IMG/VR virus record: IMGVR_UViG_3300042558_004148
Span: 62,001 to 126,000 of that record
Strand: one strand, 5' to 3'
DNA: 64,000 nucleotides
This document shows, one piece after another, positions 27,219-37,257 of this stretch (the stretch's first letter is position 1; every line of letters begins with the position of its first letter). The translations under genes were made by a program, and so were the position numbers. Below the pieces are notes generated by a model. That model was not told the origin of the DNA, did no database searches, and worked only from the letters and a program-made list of their open reading frames with translations.

Positions 27219-28970
27219 ATGGCAGACGTAATACTAGGTATAGAACAGGGGGACATCATTTATTACTATGATACGAGCATAGGTGATGTTGTGCAAAGAG
27301 ATTGGAGTTTCCAAGGTGGAACACCAACCGGTGCTACATCCTATGGACCCGCAGTAACTTATAATGGTGTCAATACAAATGGATATTCCACATCTTTAAC
27401 TGTGACCGACGCAGCAACCGTTGTTGCTACAACTACCAAGAATAATATAATCGTTGTAACTCCGGAAAATATATCTGCCGCAGTAACCGCATCTAATGTT
27501 AATGTTTTAATGGACGATACAGTTTATTATGGTTCTTCAGCTACAGCGGGAAGTGGATTGACCGGATACGTGTGGAGCATACCTGGTCTTGGTGCAACAT
27601 CGGGAATATATTTAAGTAATGTAACATATGCAAACTTGGATTGGTATAATCTGGCTAATACTTACGTAGGCTCTGTTAATTCAGCATATGTTGCTACCGC
27701 TACTTTAACTGTTACTAGTAATGTGGGTAACGTGGTAAACTCAAGTACGAATGTTACATTCTATAAAATGGGACCTGCTGAGGGATTCTATTATAATGAC
27801 TTATATGGGGCAACTGCTAGTGGACCTTATTATACACCATCAGTAACAGCATACACTTCTAATGATATAGGTCTTGGTGGATCTGGTTTAGTTATAAAGA
27901 TTGATCAAGCATCCAGTTTATATGCACCTATAAATAATTTATATTCACATTCAACTGACGAGGTTGCATATTATTTGCCAAATAGTTCCGATGTATATAC
28001 TAGTATGGATCCGATTAGACTTAGATTAATAATAAACAAGAACGCGTTTATTATTATGGGAGCTGGCGTTAATCCTAATTCACAATTTAGTACAGGTAGC
28101 TATATATTAGCTGGAGGTATAAACACCACCCTGCAAGATAATTTATATCTAACTGATTATACGACAACGGGAACATCCTTAACTTTCTATAATTTAAAAA
28201 CATCAAGGGGATGGACAAACGGGGCCATTAATAAATTTTTGGAGAATAAGTATTATTTATCTGCATCATCCAAGCATGCTGATGGTATATCGTATCTTGT
28301 AGCAAATACTGAGATGTACTTATCATCATATTATAGCATAGATTGGACTGGTGGATATACAATAACCCTTGGTACTAGGCCTGGTGTAGCTATACCTTCA
28401 TCCAGGTTATTTTTCACTAAGTTCGGCGTTGTAATAAATGTTAATGTTAATGTTAATGTTTATAGAGAAGGAAGTGATAACCTAATAGGCTCATATAACG
28501 TTGTGATAAGTTCCGGTGGCGGTGGAGGTATTGGAAATAGTCCCGATACTCTTTTAATAACAGCGAATGATGCAGGATATGGATCTGGTTCAGGTTTAGC
28601 CAGTATATTTAATTCAACAACATCTTCAACAACATTTGCCAATAATATATTATTCGAGGCATCAAGATTCTATTGTCCATTCGAGAATGTAACGGATACT
28701 CCCATCTTTCAGGGAATTGCAGTTCATATAACTGATCCTTTACATTCGGCAACCGGACTTTATATAGGCAGAGTGGAAATAGTATGGGATGCTTCATATC
28801 TATCTGACGTAAATGGTCTAGGACTAACGTCCGGCCCATTAACATACCCATTTGCAAGTGACACCGGTAGTTCATTTACCGGTATGAGGTTAAAAGTTGG
28901 ATATCCCAATAATGCAGTAAATCATACTAATTATAAAAAGGGATGGGAAATAGGCGGATCAATAGCATAA
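27219..28970 (+). CDS. PKD-domain (Ig-like) putative virion/fibre protein
   Basis: RDWSFQGGTPTGATSYGPAVTY...YSTSLTVTD is a classic PKD pattern; a second PKD-like unit follows (YVWSIPG...TATLTVTS). Confidence 0.7.
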   Translation: MADVILGIEQGDIIYYYDTSIGDVVQRDWSFQGGTPTGATSYGPAVTYNGVNTNGYSTSLTVTDAATVVATTTKNNIIVVTPENISAAVTASNVNVLMDDTVYYGSSATAGSGLTGYVWSIPGLGATSGIYLSNVTYANLDWYNLANTYVGSVNSAYVATATLTVTSNVGNVVNSSTNVTFYKMGPAEGFYYNDLYGATASGPYYTPSVTAYTSNDIGLGGSGLVIKIDQASSLYAPINNLYSHSTDEVAYYLPNSSDVYTSMDPIRLRLIINKNAFIIMGAGVNPNSQFSTGSYILAGGINTTLQDNLYLTDYTTTGTSLTFYNLKTSRGWTNGAINKFLENKYYLSASSKHADGISYLVANTEMYLSSYYSIDWTGGYTITLGTRPGVAIPSSRLFFTKFGVVINVNVNVNVYREGSDNLIGSYNVVISSGGGGGIGNSPDTLLITANDAGYGSGSGLASIFNSTTSSTTFANNILFEASRFYCPFENVTDTPIFQGIAVHITDPLHSATGLYIGRVEIVWDASYLSDVNGLGLTSGPLTYPFASDTGSSFTGMRLKVGYPNNAVNHTNYKKGWEIGGSIA

Positions 28971-28984
28971 TTAAAAAGATATAA

Positions 28985-31900
28985 ATGGCAAGTTACGGAA
29001 TTAGCATAAATCAAATAGATACGGACAGCGATTTCTTCGTATGGGCATCTGGGCAGGATCTTAGAAGATTCAATGGATCATCTTGGGAGTATTACAATTA
29101 CCAAAATTCTGCTGTTCCTAGTTCAATACCATATTTTCTAGATACTAGATCTATATCTATAGATCCTTATGATAAAGTATGGACTGGTGTTGCGGAAGGG
29201 CCTATTCCTGGATTAAATGAGGTTGCTGTATTCTATATAAATTCGGATAATATCGAAATTGGCGAAAACTGGAATTTTTCTGATCTTGGTACTTTTAACG
29301 AGCCACAGGAAATATCAACCATATGTGCTTGTAGATATGGCGATTATGTACATGCTTTTTCAACCCCGCTTAATGGTATAGGCGGTACAGGAGCTACTGG
29401 ATATACTGAGATTAATGGGGTTACTGGAGGTAGACTTTTCTGTTATCAGACTAAGATCGATAATTGGTTTGAAGTTGTACCTGGATACACCTGGCCTCAT
29501 GTATATGACGTAAAGTCCAAGGGAATTGATGGTAAGGATTATTTTTATTATATCGCCACAGCGGAAGGACTATTTGCTGTTCCCCAGGGTGAATTGGAAG
29601 CAACTGAATTAATTGGGGGAGAGCTTATAATAGAACAGGCTAGGGTTTATAATACAAAAACCAGCGGCATTATATCTGATTATGTATATTCATTGGATAG
29701 GGATGAGAATGATAATATCTGGATTGGTACATCTCTGGGATTATCTTTCTTTGATGGTGATCAATTTTGGAATTATCCTACTCCCGGCCCGGTTACGAGA
29801 GTTATATCAAGACCAAATGGGCATGTATTCTATTCGCTTGGTGATGGTGAACTTGGACAGGGAAGTGGTCTATGGCATTTTAATGGTACCGTACACACAC
29901 AATTCGATTCTAGCAATTCAAATATACCAAATGATAATGTACTTGATATTAAATTAGTTGGTAAAAACGTAACCCAAGAGGACCTAACAATATATGATAA
30001 CTCATTATGGGTTTTATGCTTAAACGAGATTGTTTCGTTTAATTATGATATTCCTCATGTATATGGATCTTCTAAATATGAGGGAGCAACTGGATGGAAT
30101 TTTACATATTTTACAGCTACTGGTGGAACTGCACCTTTGGCTAAGGTTGATAAGTACACATGGGTTTATCCGGAATGGAGAATATATGATGATTATTATA
30201 CATCATTGAAATTTCCTGGTATGGATCCTAGAAATCTATTTCTTACAACTAAGCTAAGCGACATAGCTAATGGTAAAGCTGGTGAGCAGAAATATTGGGA
30301 CAATTATCCAATACCGACTTATGAGGATTCAGTATTGAGTGAATCAATATCCGCTCCATCGTGGATATCTGATATTCAGCTTAATCAATTAGGGGTTACT
30401 GCTGGAACTGTCCAGATAACATCATCAACCACGATAAAAACGGAGGATGGTATAAAATATTATATTGGAGGATATCTGAAGGGAAATGTTAGTGTGGACC
30501 TTGGTTATTACGACGAAACAGAACTAGCAACTTTAACCAATCAAAACCCTACGATAGGTGGGATTTCAGATACTTCATTGATAGGGGGTTCTTCTTTAGA
30601 TAACGGAGAGATGGGTTTTATAGCATCGTATAACGAGTCTGGATTTGTCGATTCAGTATTACCATTTAGAGGATACCGAACAAGAATACAGGACATAAAG
30701 GCATCTGAGGATGGTGATTATATAGTTGCTTCCGGAATTTTTAATAGATTCATTGAAAGTGGACCATATGTATGGGATTCACTAGAGACGGAGAATTCTT
30801 ATAGAAATGGTCCAATTGGTGCACCAGCGGGTGTTACTAATATAAATGTTCCTGGTGTTACTGGTGGAGACTATCCCTGGATATATGGATCAACCGGAGA
30901 TATTTTTAATAGCACATGGAATTATACATATGGAGCAAATCCCCCTGGATCTGGAATTTTTTCGGTAGATGTTGAGAGTGGGAGTTCTTATTCCTGGGAG
31001 AATATAACCAAGATAAGAATAAATTACGTTGATACGGTCCCATCTTCCCGACCATTAGGAGATATTATGACATCGAATACCATACGTTTGAGACCATCCG
31101 GATCCGCTGCCAACTATAGAGTTAATTCGGTTACTGTGCTAAATCTAAATTCGATAGAATTCAACGTTACCTATGATTATAATGCATCCGGTACTACGGG
31201 TCTTTTCCTTTTCACTAATTCAACGCCATTCAGAATATATTTTTATGAATATACCGACACCTCATATCCATTGGTACAAAATGTTAATTCTAGAGGGACC
31301 TATTGGAATAATAATGACGTTTCTGCAAATTCGATATTCGTTGCTAAAATTGGCAGGGATTTGGGTAACACATCAACCTTTACTGATCTTGGTATAAATG
31401 GTACATTTTCTCGTGACGTTAGAACCTCTTATAGGGGATTGGATTTCAGAAATTTTCCAGCTAAATATGAACAAAATATAAATTCAGGTGATATTAAGAA
31501 CTCCAATGTATCGTTGAGTAGATATTCCATAAATCTTGGTCTTGAATCAGGAATATACTTTACTCCAAATTCATCGACTGGAGATCTATCGACTCTTAAA
31601 AATGCATGGAATAGAACTAATGATTACCCGGAAACATCAGATATTATATTAGGGTCTACACAGGAGATATCACAGAATTGGCTTAGCGATTCTGTGATAT
31701 CTTATGTGAGATTATCGTCTGATAATCTTTCCCTATTGACTACATCCACCTCCAACAGCATATACCCTGGTGTAGGTCCAACCTCGGCGAATAGAAAAAT
31801 ATCTGATATAAAATCTCTTCCGGATAACAATACTGTTTTAATAACTGGTAACTCAGATCAGAATTTTAATTTTGGTGGAATTGGACTTACTGGAATAAAT

Positions 31901-33052
31901 TCTGTGTATATCCCATATTATATAATATTAAATAGCGACGGTACCGGGGTAACTGGTGGATTCATAGGTGGAGCCACTGGATATAGACAATATCCTAAAG
32001 CATCAAATGACGAATCTACGTATTACGTAACAACTAATTTTGGTGGATCTGGTAGCTATTTTGGTAATGATTATGTAGCAGGTACGACGGGTAATTATTT
32101 ACTAACTGCTAGAATAACTGAGCAGGGGGTTCCAATTTCAACCGATGTAGTTTATAGTGGATTTGAATCTAACTTCATACAGCTGCTAAATTCGGAGAAT
32201 CTTTCGAATGGTCAGTATTTTATAGCTTATTCCGAACTCTCATTTGCATCTGATGATAATATCTTTATGATAAAAAGTAACGGAAAGAATAAGATCCTTG
32301 ATAGTGTTTCGATGGATGCTGATTATAAAAACAATTTAATACCCGTTAATCAAAAAAGCGATAGCATATCATTTTCTGTGGACCAGTCAGATAATATATT
32401 TCTTACCGGATTTAATTACGGAGCAACTGGAGCTAGCGGATATTATAATATAGGATCTACATCAGGGGTTTCGTTATTATCACCACAATATAATCCTAAT
32501 CTGGGTATAAATCTTGGTAATATTATATCGAGAGCTGGTTCTGGAGCTTGGACCTGGTGTGATGTACATTCGACAGATAAGGGAATGCAAATACCACTTC
32601 TTTCGACAGTTATATTTAGCAACTATGCATCTAATATTTACGGAAAACAAAACAATAACTGGATACTTAGCGATGCAATAACAGGAAATGAATTGCTTAA
32701 TGTTAAAGCAACTCCATATTTCATATACACATTTAGCGAAGTTGGTAAATATACCATATACAATAGCGTAGAAGATTCAGCAGGTAATGTTTATTTTGTA
32801 ACCAAACCTGGATATATTGAAATTATAGATCATAAGGCGAAAAGACCTGATGATAATAATCCAGATATAGTTGATTCTTTTGATTATGGTGAACCTGAAC
32901 CTTTTGCTGGTAGAGACTATGAGGCTGCTAAATTAGCCAAGGATATGGAGAAACAGCAACAGGAAATTTTCGATGTTAATAATTCTAACCAAAGTTTTGG
33001 TACTGGTATCGTTATAGAGAATAATCCGGATGCGACATTTAGAAATGAATAA
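28985..33052 (+). CDS. Large beta-propeller (two-component-regulator-propeller-like) putative virion protein with a C-terminal PKD-like domain
   Basis: TSGIISDYVYSLDRDENDNIWIGTSLGLSFFDG and SNSNIPNDNVLDI blades; YTFSEVGKYTIYNSVED PKD-like end. Confidence 0.7.
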   Translation: MASYGISINQIDTDSDFFVWASGQDLRRFNGSSWEYYNYQNSAVPSSIPYFLDTRSISIDPYDKVWTGVAEGPIPGLNEVAVFYINSDNIEIGENWNFSDLGTFNEPQEISTICACRYGDYVHAFSTPLNGIGGTGATGYTEINGVTGGRLFCYQTKIDNWFEVVPGYTWPHVYDVKSKGIDGKDYFYYIATAEGLFAVPQGELEATELIGGELIIEQARVYNTKTSGIISDYVYSLDRDENDNIWIGTSLGLSFFDGDQFWNYPTPGPVTRVISRPNGHVFYSLGDGELGQGSGLWHFNGTVHTQFDSSNSNIPNDNVLDIKLVGKNVTQEDLTIYDNSLWVLCLNEIVSFNYDIPHVYGSSKYEGATGWNFTYFTATGGTAPLAKVDKYTWVYPEWRIYDDYYTSLKFPGMDPRNLFLTTKLSDIANGKAGEQKYWDNYPIPTYEDSVLSESISAPSWISDIQLNQLGVTAGTVQITSSTTIKTEDGIKYYIGGYLKGNVSVDLGYYDETELATLTNQNPTIGGISDTSLIGGSSLDNGEMGFIASYNESGFVDSVLPFRGYRTRIQDIKASEDGDYIVASGIFNRFIESGPYVWDSLETENSYRNGPIGAPAGVTNINVPGVTGGDYPWIYGSTGDIFNSTWNYTYGANPPGSGIFSVDVESGSSYSWENITKIRINYVDTVPSSRPLGDIMTSNTIRLRPSGSAANYRVNSVTVLNLNSIEFNVTYDYNASGTTGLFLFTNSTPFRIYFYEYTDTSYPLVQNVNSRGTYWNNNDVSANSIFVAKIGRDLGNTSTFTDLGINGTFSRDVRTSYRGLDFRNFPAKYEQNINSGDIKNSNVSLSRYSINLGLESGIYFTPNSSTGDLSTLKNAWNRTNDYPETSDIILGSTQEISQNWLSDSVISYVRLSSDNLSLLTTSTSNSIYPGVGPTSANRKISDIKSLPDNNTVLITGNSDQNFNFGGIGLTGINSVYIPYYIILNSDGTGVTGGFIGGATGYRQYPKASNDESTYYVTTNFGGSGSYFGNDYVAGTTGNYLLTARITEQGVPISTDVVYSGFESNFIQLLNSENLSNGQYFIAYSELSFASDDNIFMIKSNGKNKILDSVSMDADYKNNLIPVNQKSDSISFSVDQSDNIFLTGFNYGATGASGYYNIGSTSGVSLLSPQYNPNLGINLGNIISRAGSGAWTWCDVHSTDKGMQIPLLSTVIFSNYASNIYGKQNNNWILSDAITGNELLNVKATPYFIYTFSEVGKYTIYNSVEDSAGNVYFVTKPGYIEIIDHKAKRPDDNNPDIVDSFDYGEPEPFAGRDYEAAKLAKDMEKQQQEIFDVNNSNQSFGTGIVIENNPDATFRNE

Positions 33053-33072
33053 CACCCTTAGGTGTTATTCAT
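33045..33072. terminator. Hairpin between convergent genes, probable bidirectional terminator
   Basis: 12-bp stem atgaataacacc-ctta-ggtgttattcat. Confidence 0.75.
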
Positions 33073-33083
33073 CCATTTTATCA

Positions 33084-33833
33084 TTATCCGTTATTTTCGT
33101 CCCATTCATCGAACGTTTCCTCTATAATTTTTACTATAGGATCTCTAACAATATCATTTACTCCAAAGCTCATTGTTCCTATATCGGGTTTCCCGTCAAA
33201 TAACTTAACCACGAGATCAAGAGACGAAAGCTTGGGGTTTTTCATATCAATTTGTTTAGTGTCTCCCGTAATGATCATTTTAGTATCCGTACCGATACGA
33301 GTCATCGTGGACCTCATATTCTTCTTGGTTATGTTTTGAGCTTCGTCTACGATGATTATAGCATTGTCTATGGACCTCCCTCTAATAAAAGCCAATGGTA
33401 GAACCTCTATTAATTTTTGATCTAGCATAATGTTAGTTAAACCCTCACCGATTAACTTATGGAAGTTGTCCAGGAATGATATTGTAAAGGGTAACATTTT
33501 TTCTTTTAAATCTCCTTTAAGAAATCCAACTTCCTCTCCTTCTAATACCGTTACACTTTTTACTAAAATAATTTTTTTAAATCTCTGCTCGGTCTTTAAT
33601 AATTTTAATGCTTGAGCACATGCTAAATAAGTCTTTCCCGTTCCTGCTGGTCCAGCTGCTATGGTTATTTTATTGTCGCTTATCAGGCTTATTAGTTTTT
33701 TCTGACTTTCGTTTTTATGCTTGTAATCCAATCTTAGTTTTTGTAGATCAAATTTTAATGGATTTGCCACCTGTGTCGGCGGAAACACGTCGTAAAATTC
33801 TTCATCCGAAATTCTCTTCTTTCTGTTAGCCAT
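33084..33833 (-). CDS. phoH: PhoH-like ATPase
   Basis: GPAGTGKTYLA Walker A, EEVGFLKG, RGRSIDNAIIIVDEAQN and ITGDTKQID. Confidence 0.95.
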   Translation of the reverse strand: MANRKKRISDEEFYDVFPPTQVANPLKFDLQKLRLDYKHKNESQKKLISLISDNKITIAAGPAGTGKTYLACAQALKLLKTEQRFKKIILVKSVTVLEGEEVGFLKGDLKEKMLPFTISFLDNFHKLIGEGLTNIMLDQKLIEVLPLAFIRGRSIDNAIIIVDEAQNITKKNMRSTMTRIGTDTKMIITGDTKQIDMKNPKLSSLDLVVKLFDGKPDIGTMSFGVNDIVRDPIVKIIEETFDEWDENNG

Positions 33834-33880
33834 AGAGTTTATTTTATTTTATTTTTATTTTCCATAAATTAATAAATATT

Positions 33881-33935
33881 ACAATAATGACTTCTATTAA
33901 CAGCTAAAAGGCTGGAAATAGAAGTCATTATCTGT
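33881..33935. other. Long intergenic stem-loop of unknown role
   Basis: Perfect 15-bp stem 33884-33898/33917-33931, a 2x2 internal loop, then a cagc/gctg stem with a taaaag loop. Confidence 0.8.
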
Positions 33936-33996
33936 GCATCTATAAATTTTAATGGATTTTGCTTTAATTGGGTGGAATAATTTATGGATTTTGCGC

Positions 33997-34014
33997 TTAA
34001 AGATATATCTTTAA
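33997..34014. other. Perfect 18-bp palindrome ttaaagatatatctttaa
   Basis: Self-complementary; extendable with ggatt/aatcc across a 6-nt bulge (33986-34019). Confidence 0.75.
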
Positions 34015-34074
34015 AATCCTTTTTATTGAGTTTAATTTTTTGTCCTCCCATATTTAAGTGTTGTCTGTGACAAT

Positions 34075-34082
34075 GATATATA
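34075..34082 (+). promoter_or_regulatory. GATATATA putative late promoter
   Basis: 37 nt upstream of ATG 34112. Confidence 0.6.
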
Positions 34083-34111
34083 TTCAGTTCAAAAACAAAT
34101 AAAAAAAGAAA

Positions 34112-35017
34112 ATGGCAACTGTAAACATCAACGAAATTTTAGGTTCTGATTCAATATCGGGCTCAAGAATAACCATAAATTCCAATTTTTTAATATTACA
34201 AAACTGGATAAATGGTTATGTTAATGTGTTTGGTATCGACACTATAAACGGGATACTAGATCTTTCAGCAGCATCTACTGGAAGAGTTCAAGCTAAAATT
34301 GGTAGATTTGATACCATATCATTACCAGCGTTAGGGACTGCAACTGCATCCGTTAATAGCTCTGGACAAGCATCATTTGCTAGTGTAACCACAACGACAT
34401 TCACTGCATCTGGAGCTATAACTGCAGCATCAAATATTACATTTGGTGGTTTATCTACTTTTGTTTCTAACGGAACATCGGAGTTTAACGGTAGATTAAC
34501 TGCAAACTCTGCAGTATATCTAGGAACACAAGGTCATGTGGTAAGTCAGAACACTACATATGCTAGTGGTGCTACTGCAGGAACAGCATTTCCAGCAAAT
34601 ACCTCTGGCGGTGGTGGTAGAACATCCACTGTAAATTCACCATATGCTATAACTGGACTGGAGGATGTTATTTATGCTGAGTGTGGCCCAACCGGATTTT
34701 ATATTAAAGTGGTTGATGGGGTTTCACCAGTAGGTGGAACACTACCTTCATTACCTCAAGGTTCAAGAGTAACCATAGTTAATACAACATCGGCTACTGG
34801 TTATATACATACAGGTGTAACCGGATCCACCCAATATTATACCGGATTTAATACTGCTGCATTATATGGCGGATACCCTTCAGGAGGTATAGTAATGAAT
34901 CAAAATTCAGCATACAGATCATCGGTTACTCTTCAGTGGGAACCTAGAGTTGGACAGGGACAAGCAACACAAAATGGATCTTGGATAGTTATAAGTGGTA
35001 CCAACGTTACATTATAA
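34112..35017 (+). CDS. Putative fibre/baseplate protein with a gp9/gp10-like N-terminal motif
   Basis: DSISGSRITINSNF N-terminal motif shared with the ORFs at 46385, 47969 and 49642. Confidence 0.55.
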   Translation: MATVNINEILGSDSISGSRITINSNFLILQNWINGYVNVFGIDTINGILDLSAASTGRVQAKIGRFDTISLPALGTATASVNSSGQASFASVTTTTFTASGAITAASNITFGGLSTFVSNGTSEFNGRLTANSAVYLGTQGHVVSQNTTYASGATAGTAFPANTSGGGGRTSTVNSPYAITGLEDVIYAECGPTGFYIKVVDGVSPVGGTLPSLPQGSRVTIVNTTSATGYIHTGVTGSTQYYTGFNTAALYGGYPSGGIVMNQNSAYRSSVTLQWEPRVGQGQATQNGSWIVISGTNVTL

Positions 35018-35039
35018 TTAAATAAAATAAAATAGAACA

Positions 35040-37241
35040 ATGGCAAAAACCCCATTTATAAGACCCCTACAAATACAGGGTGGTACTTTCTATACTTTTT
35101 CATCATCTGCTGAGGATTTATCTTTTACTTTCAATAATTCAGTTAATAAATTTAGATTCTCTAAATTTGCCTTATTGAATATACCTGATATAGACAATAG
35201 CTCAAATTCCGAAACTAACTATGTAAGACTTAATGGTCCCGATGGTGCATTCTTGGATTGGGCAAATAATACACAGCAAATAATAACGGGTAATGCTAAT
35301 ATAGACTTTTCTCAAAGTTTTCAGAGTTATTGTTTAAATCTGGAGTCAACTATAACTGGCACCGATGAGTATAACTCAGATCTTAAGCAGAATATATCCG
35401 AAAGAATTTTCTTTAAATGGCTTAGAGAAATAGGAGCCATTAGATTTAGACCCTCCACATCTACTGAAGTTTCGGCTTCATTGGATCAAAATTCCGTTGT
35501 TACTGTTAATGATTTACCGGTAACACAAAAAAGATATACCGAGGGTAATGCATCTCCTGGAACAACCGGAGCATATGGTATGACTGGTGCTGCATATAAT
35601 AGGGTCGTTCAATATATTGGTAATTTAGATATAGTAAATTCAGTAAAGAATTCAACAAACACTTATTCTGAAGTTTATGTATATGTTCCCACTAAGGACG
35701 GTAATACACCATATGTTTTATTTAAAAATTTAGTTGATCAGAATTATTACCCTGATTACCAATGGTCTAATGATCCAGCTAATCCACTTAATGATGAATA
35801 TTTATTTGGACGAAACTATGATGAAACCAATCCTAGTGGTTTAACAAATTTAGCAATCTTTGATGACGATGTTTTAGGGTCACCTTCAGCTAGCTATATA
35901 GACACTGGATTATCAACATCGAGCGTTGCTGGAAATTGGTACTCACCAAGAGATACTGCTAATACATATTTTACTGATTCCTCTTTTGTTGATCCATCCA
36001 ATTACATACTAACAAAGACCGATAATTCTCAGTCACTTACATATGTTAGAAGTAAACTTGATTCAATAGGTATAGATTTCGATCCAAATTCATATCAGGA
36101 AATATTAACAAACCCAAATATAAGTACGCTGGAGGAATTTAATTCAACTGCTGATGCTGCTGATTTTGAATTTAATGCGGTTCTGCTATATTATGATGTT
36201 TATGATCCAGCTAATCTAGCTGATTCAGCTACCAATTTATATGGTGTTTTATTCCTGGATGACGTTAATACTTCGAGTGGTGATATATTTATTCCTAGAT
36301 TACAGAAATATAGACCGAATCCAGTTACCAAATTAAATGGTAACTCCTATGGATTTAAAATAAACGTTAAATTTGATACCGATATAGACCAAACTGGTGT
36401 GGAACAGGCAATAAATGATTATTCGCCATTTTCATTATCTATGTTTATGGATGCTATGAATGTGTTACAGGATGCAAGTTCAACATTGAATAACGCATCT
36501 TCACAATTTATAGATTTAAGTAACCGAGTTACTAACTTGGAAAATATAACTTTATCTTCCCAAACTTCTATAGATTTAGGTTTAAAGATAGCCAATTTGG
36601 AACAATCTTTTGCTGCCAATCAGGCTCTTTTTAATAATACACAATCGATAATGGGACTAATCAATCAAAACTATGACCTGGTTAGATCAATTATAAATAA
36701 TAATACAAGTGTTGAAATTTCATATAATCTTGATTTATTAAAACAAGGTAATGGTATACTACTGGATAGAAGTGTCCCGAATGAGGTTACTGTAAAAAAT
36801 TCAAATCAGACTTTTAATGTCGGAGATAATCTGGGTAAGGGCACTTTAACACAAAGTGGTCTTAATGAATTAGTCTTAATTGATTTTTCAAATTACTTTA
36901 AACATGTAAATAACGGTAATCCATTAACATTAACCGGCGATTTAACTATAAGATTGAAAGATTCGGTAATAAACTGGAAAACTGGACAAAGATATAGAAT
37001 ATCATTTGGTGATGAGGTTTATCCTGGAGTATTTAATATAAACATATTAACTAACTCACTAGGAAAATATCCGCTAGCAAACCCAACTAATGTTGACTAT
37101 TCAACAAATATAATTACCCTCGATGATGCAATATTTGCATCTCAGGATTATTTACCAGTTTTTGATATAGTTTGCATTGACGAGAAAACATTAAAATTCC
37201 AAGTTGATTTAGTTGGCAAAAGCTTAACTAACAACGTATAA
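35040..37241 (+). CDS. Putative structural protein with a coiled-coil segment
   Basis: 733 aa in the structural block; heptad-like region LQDASSTLNNASSQFIDLSNRVTNLEN. Confidence 0.6.
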   Translation: MAKTPFIRPLQIQGGTFYTFSSSAEDLSFTFNNSVNKFRFSKFALLNIPDIDNSSNSETNYVRLNGPDGAFLDWANNTQQIITGNANIDFSQSFQSYCLNLESTITGTDEYNSDLKQNISERIFFKWLREIGAIRFRPSTSTEVSASLDQNSVVTVNDLPVTQKRYTEGNASPGTTGAYGMTGAAYNRVVQYIGNLDIVNSVKNSTNTYSEVYVYVPTKDGNTPYVLFKNLVDQNYYPDYQWSNDPANPLNDEYLFGRNYDETNPSGLTNLAIFDDDVLGSPSASYIDTGLSTSSVAGNWYSPRDTANTYFTDSSFVDPSNYILTKTDNSQSLTYVRSKLDSIGIDFDPNSYQEILTNPNISTLEEFNSTADAADFEFNAVLLYYDVYDPANLADSATNLYGVLFLDDVNTSSGDIFIPRLQKYRPNPVTKLNGNSYGFKINVKFDTDIDQTGVEQAINDYSPFSLSMFMDAMNVLQDASSTLNNASSQFIDLSNRVTNLENITLSSQTSIDLGLKIANLEQSFAANQALFNNTQSIMGLINQNYDLVRSIINNNTSVEISYNLDLLKQGNGILLDRSVPNEVTVKNSNQTFNVGDNLGKGTLTQSGLNELVLIDFSNYFKHVNNGNPLTLTGDLTIRLKDSVINWKTGQRYRISFGDEVYPGVFNINILTNSLGKYPLANPTNVDYSTNIITLDDAIFASQDYLPVFDIVCIDEKTLKFQVDLVGKSLTNNV

Positions 37242-37257
37242 ATAATAACTTAAAGAA

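Noticed and set aside
33884-33931. SECIS-like element (AUGA...AAAA loop)
   Set aside because: The stem is fully Watson-Crick paired with no GA quartet, and no in-frame TGA read-through candidate is nearby.
33869-34051. 60-aa minus-strand ORF upstream of phoH sharing a 16-bp direct repeat (aaattttaatggattt at 33750 and 33944; NPLKF in both translations)
   Set aside because: The repeat is almost all A/T and marginal by chance, and the ORF runs through two strong hairpins. Not enough support for a gene or a duplication.
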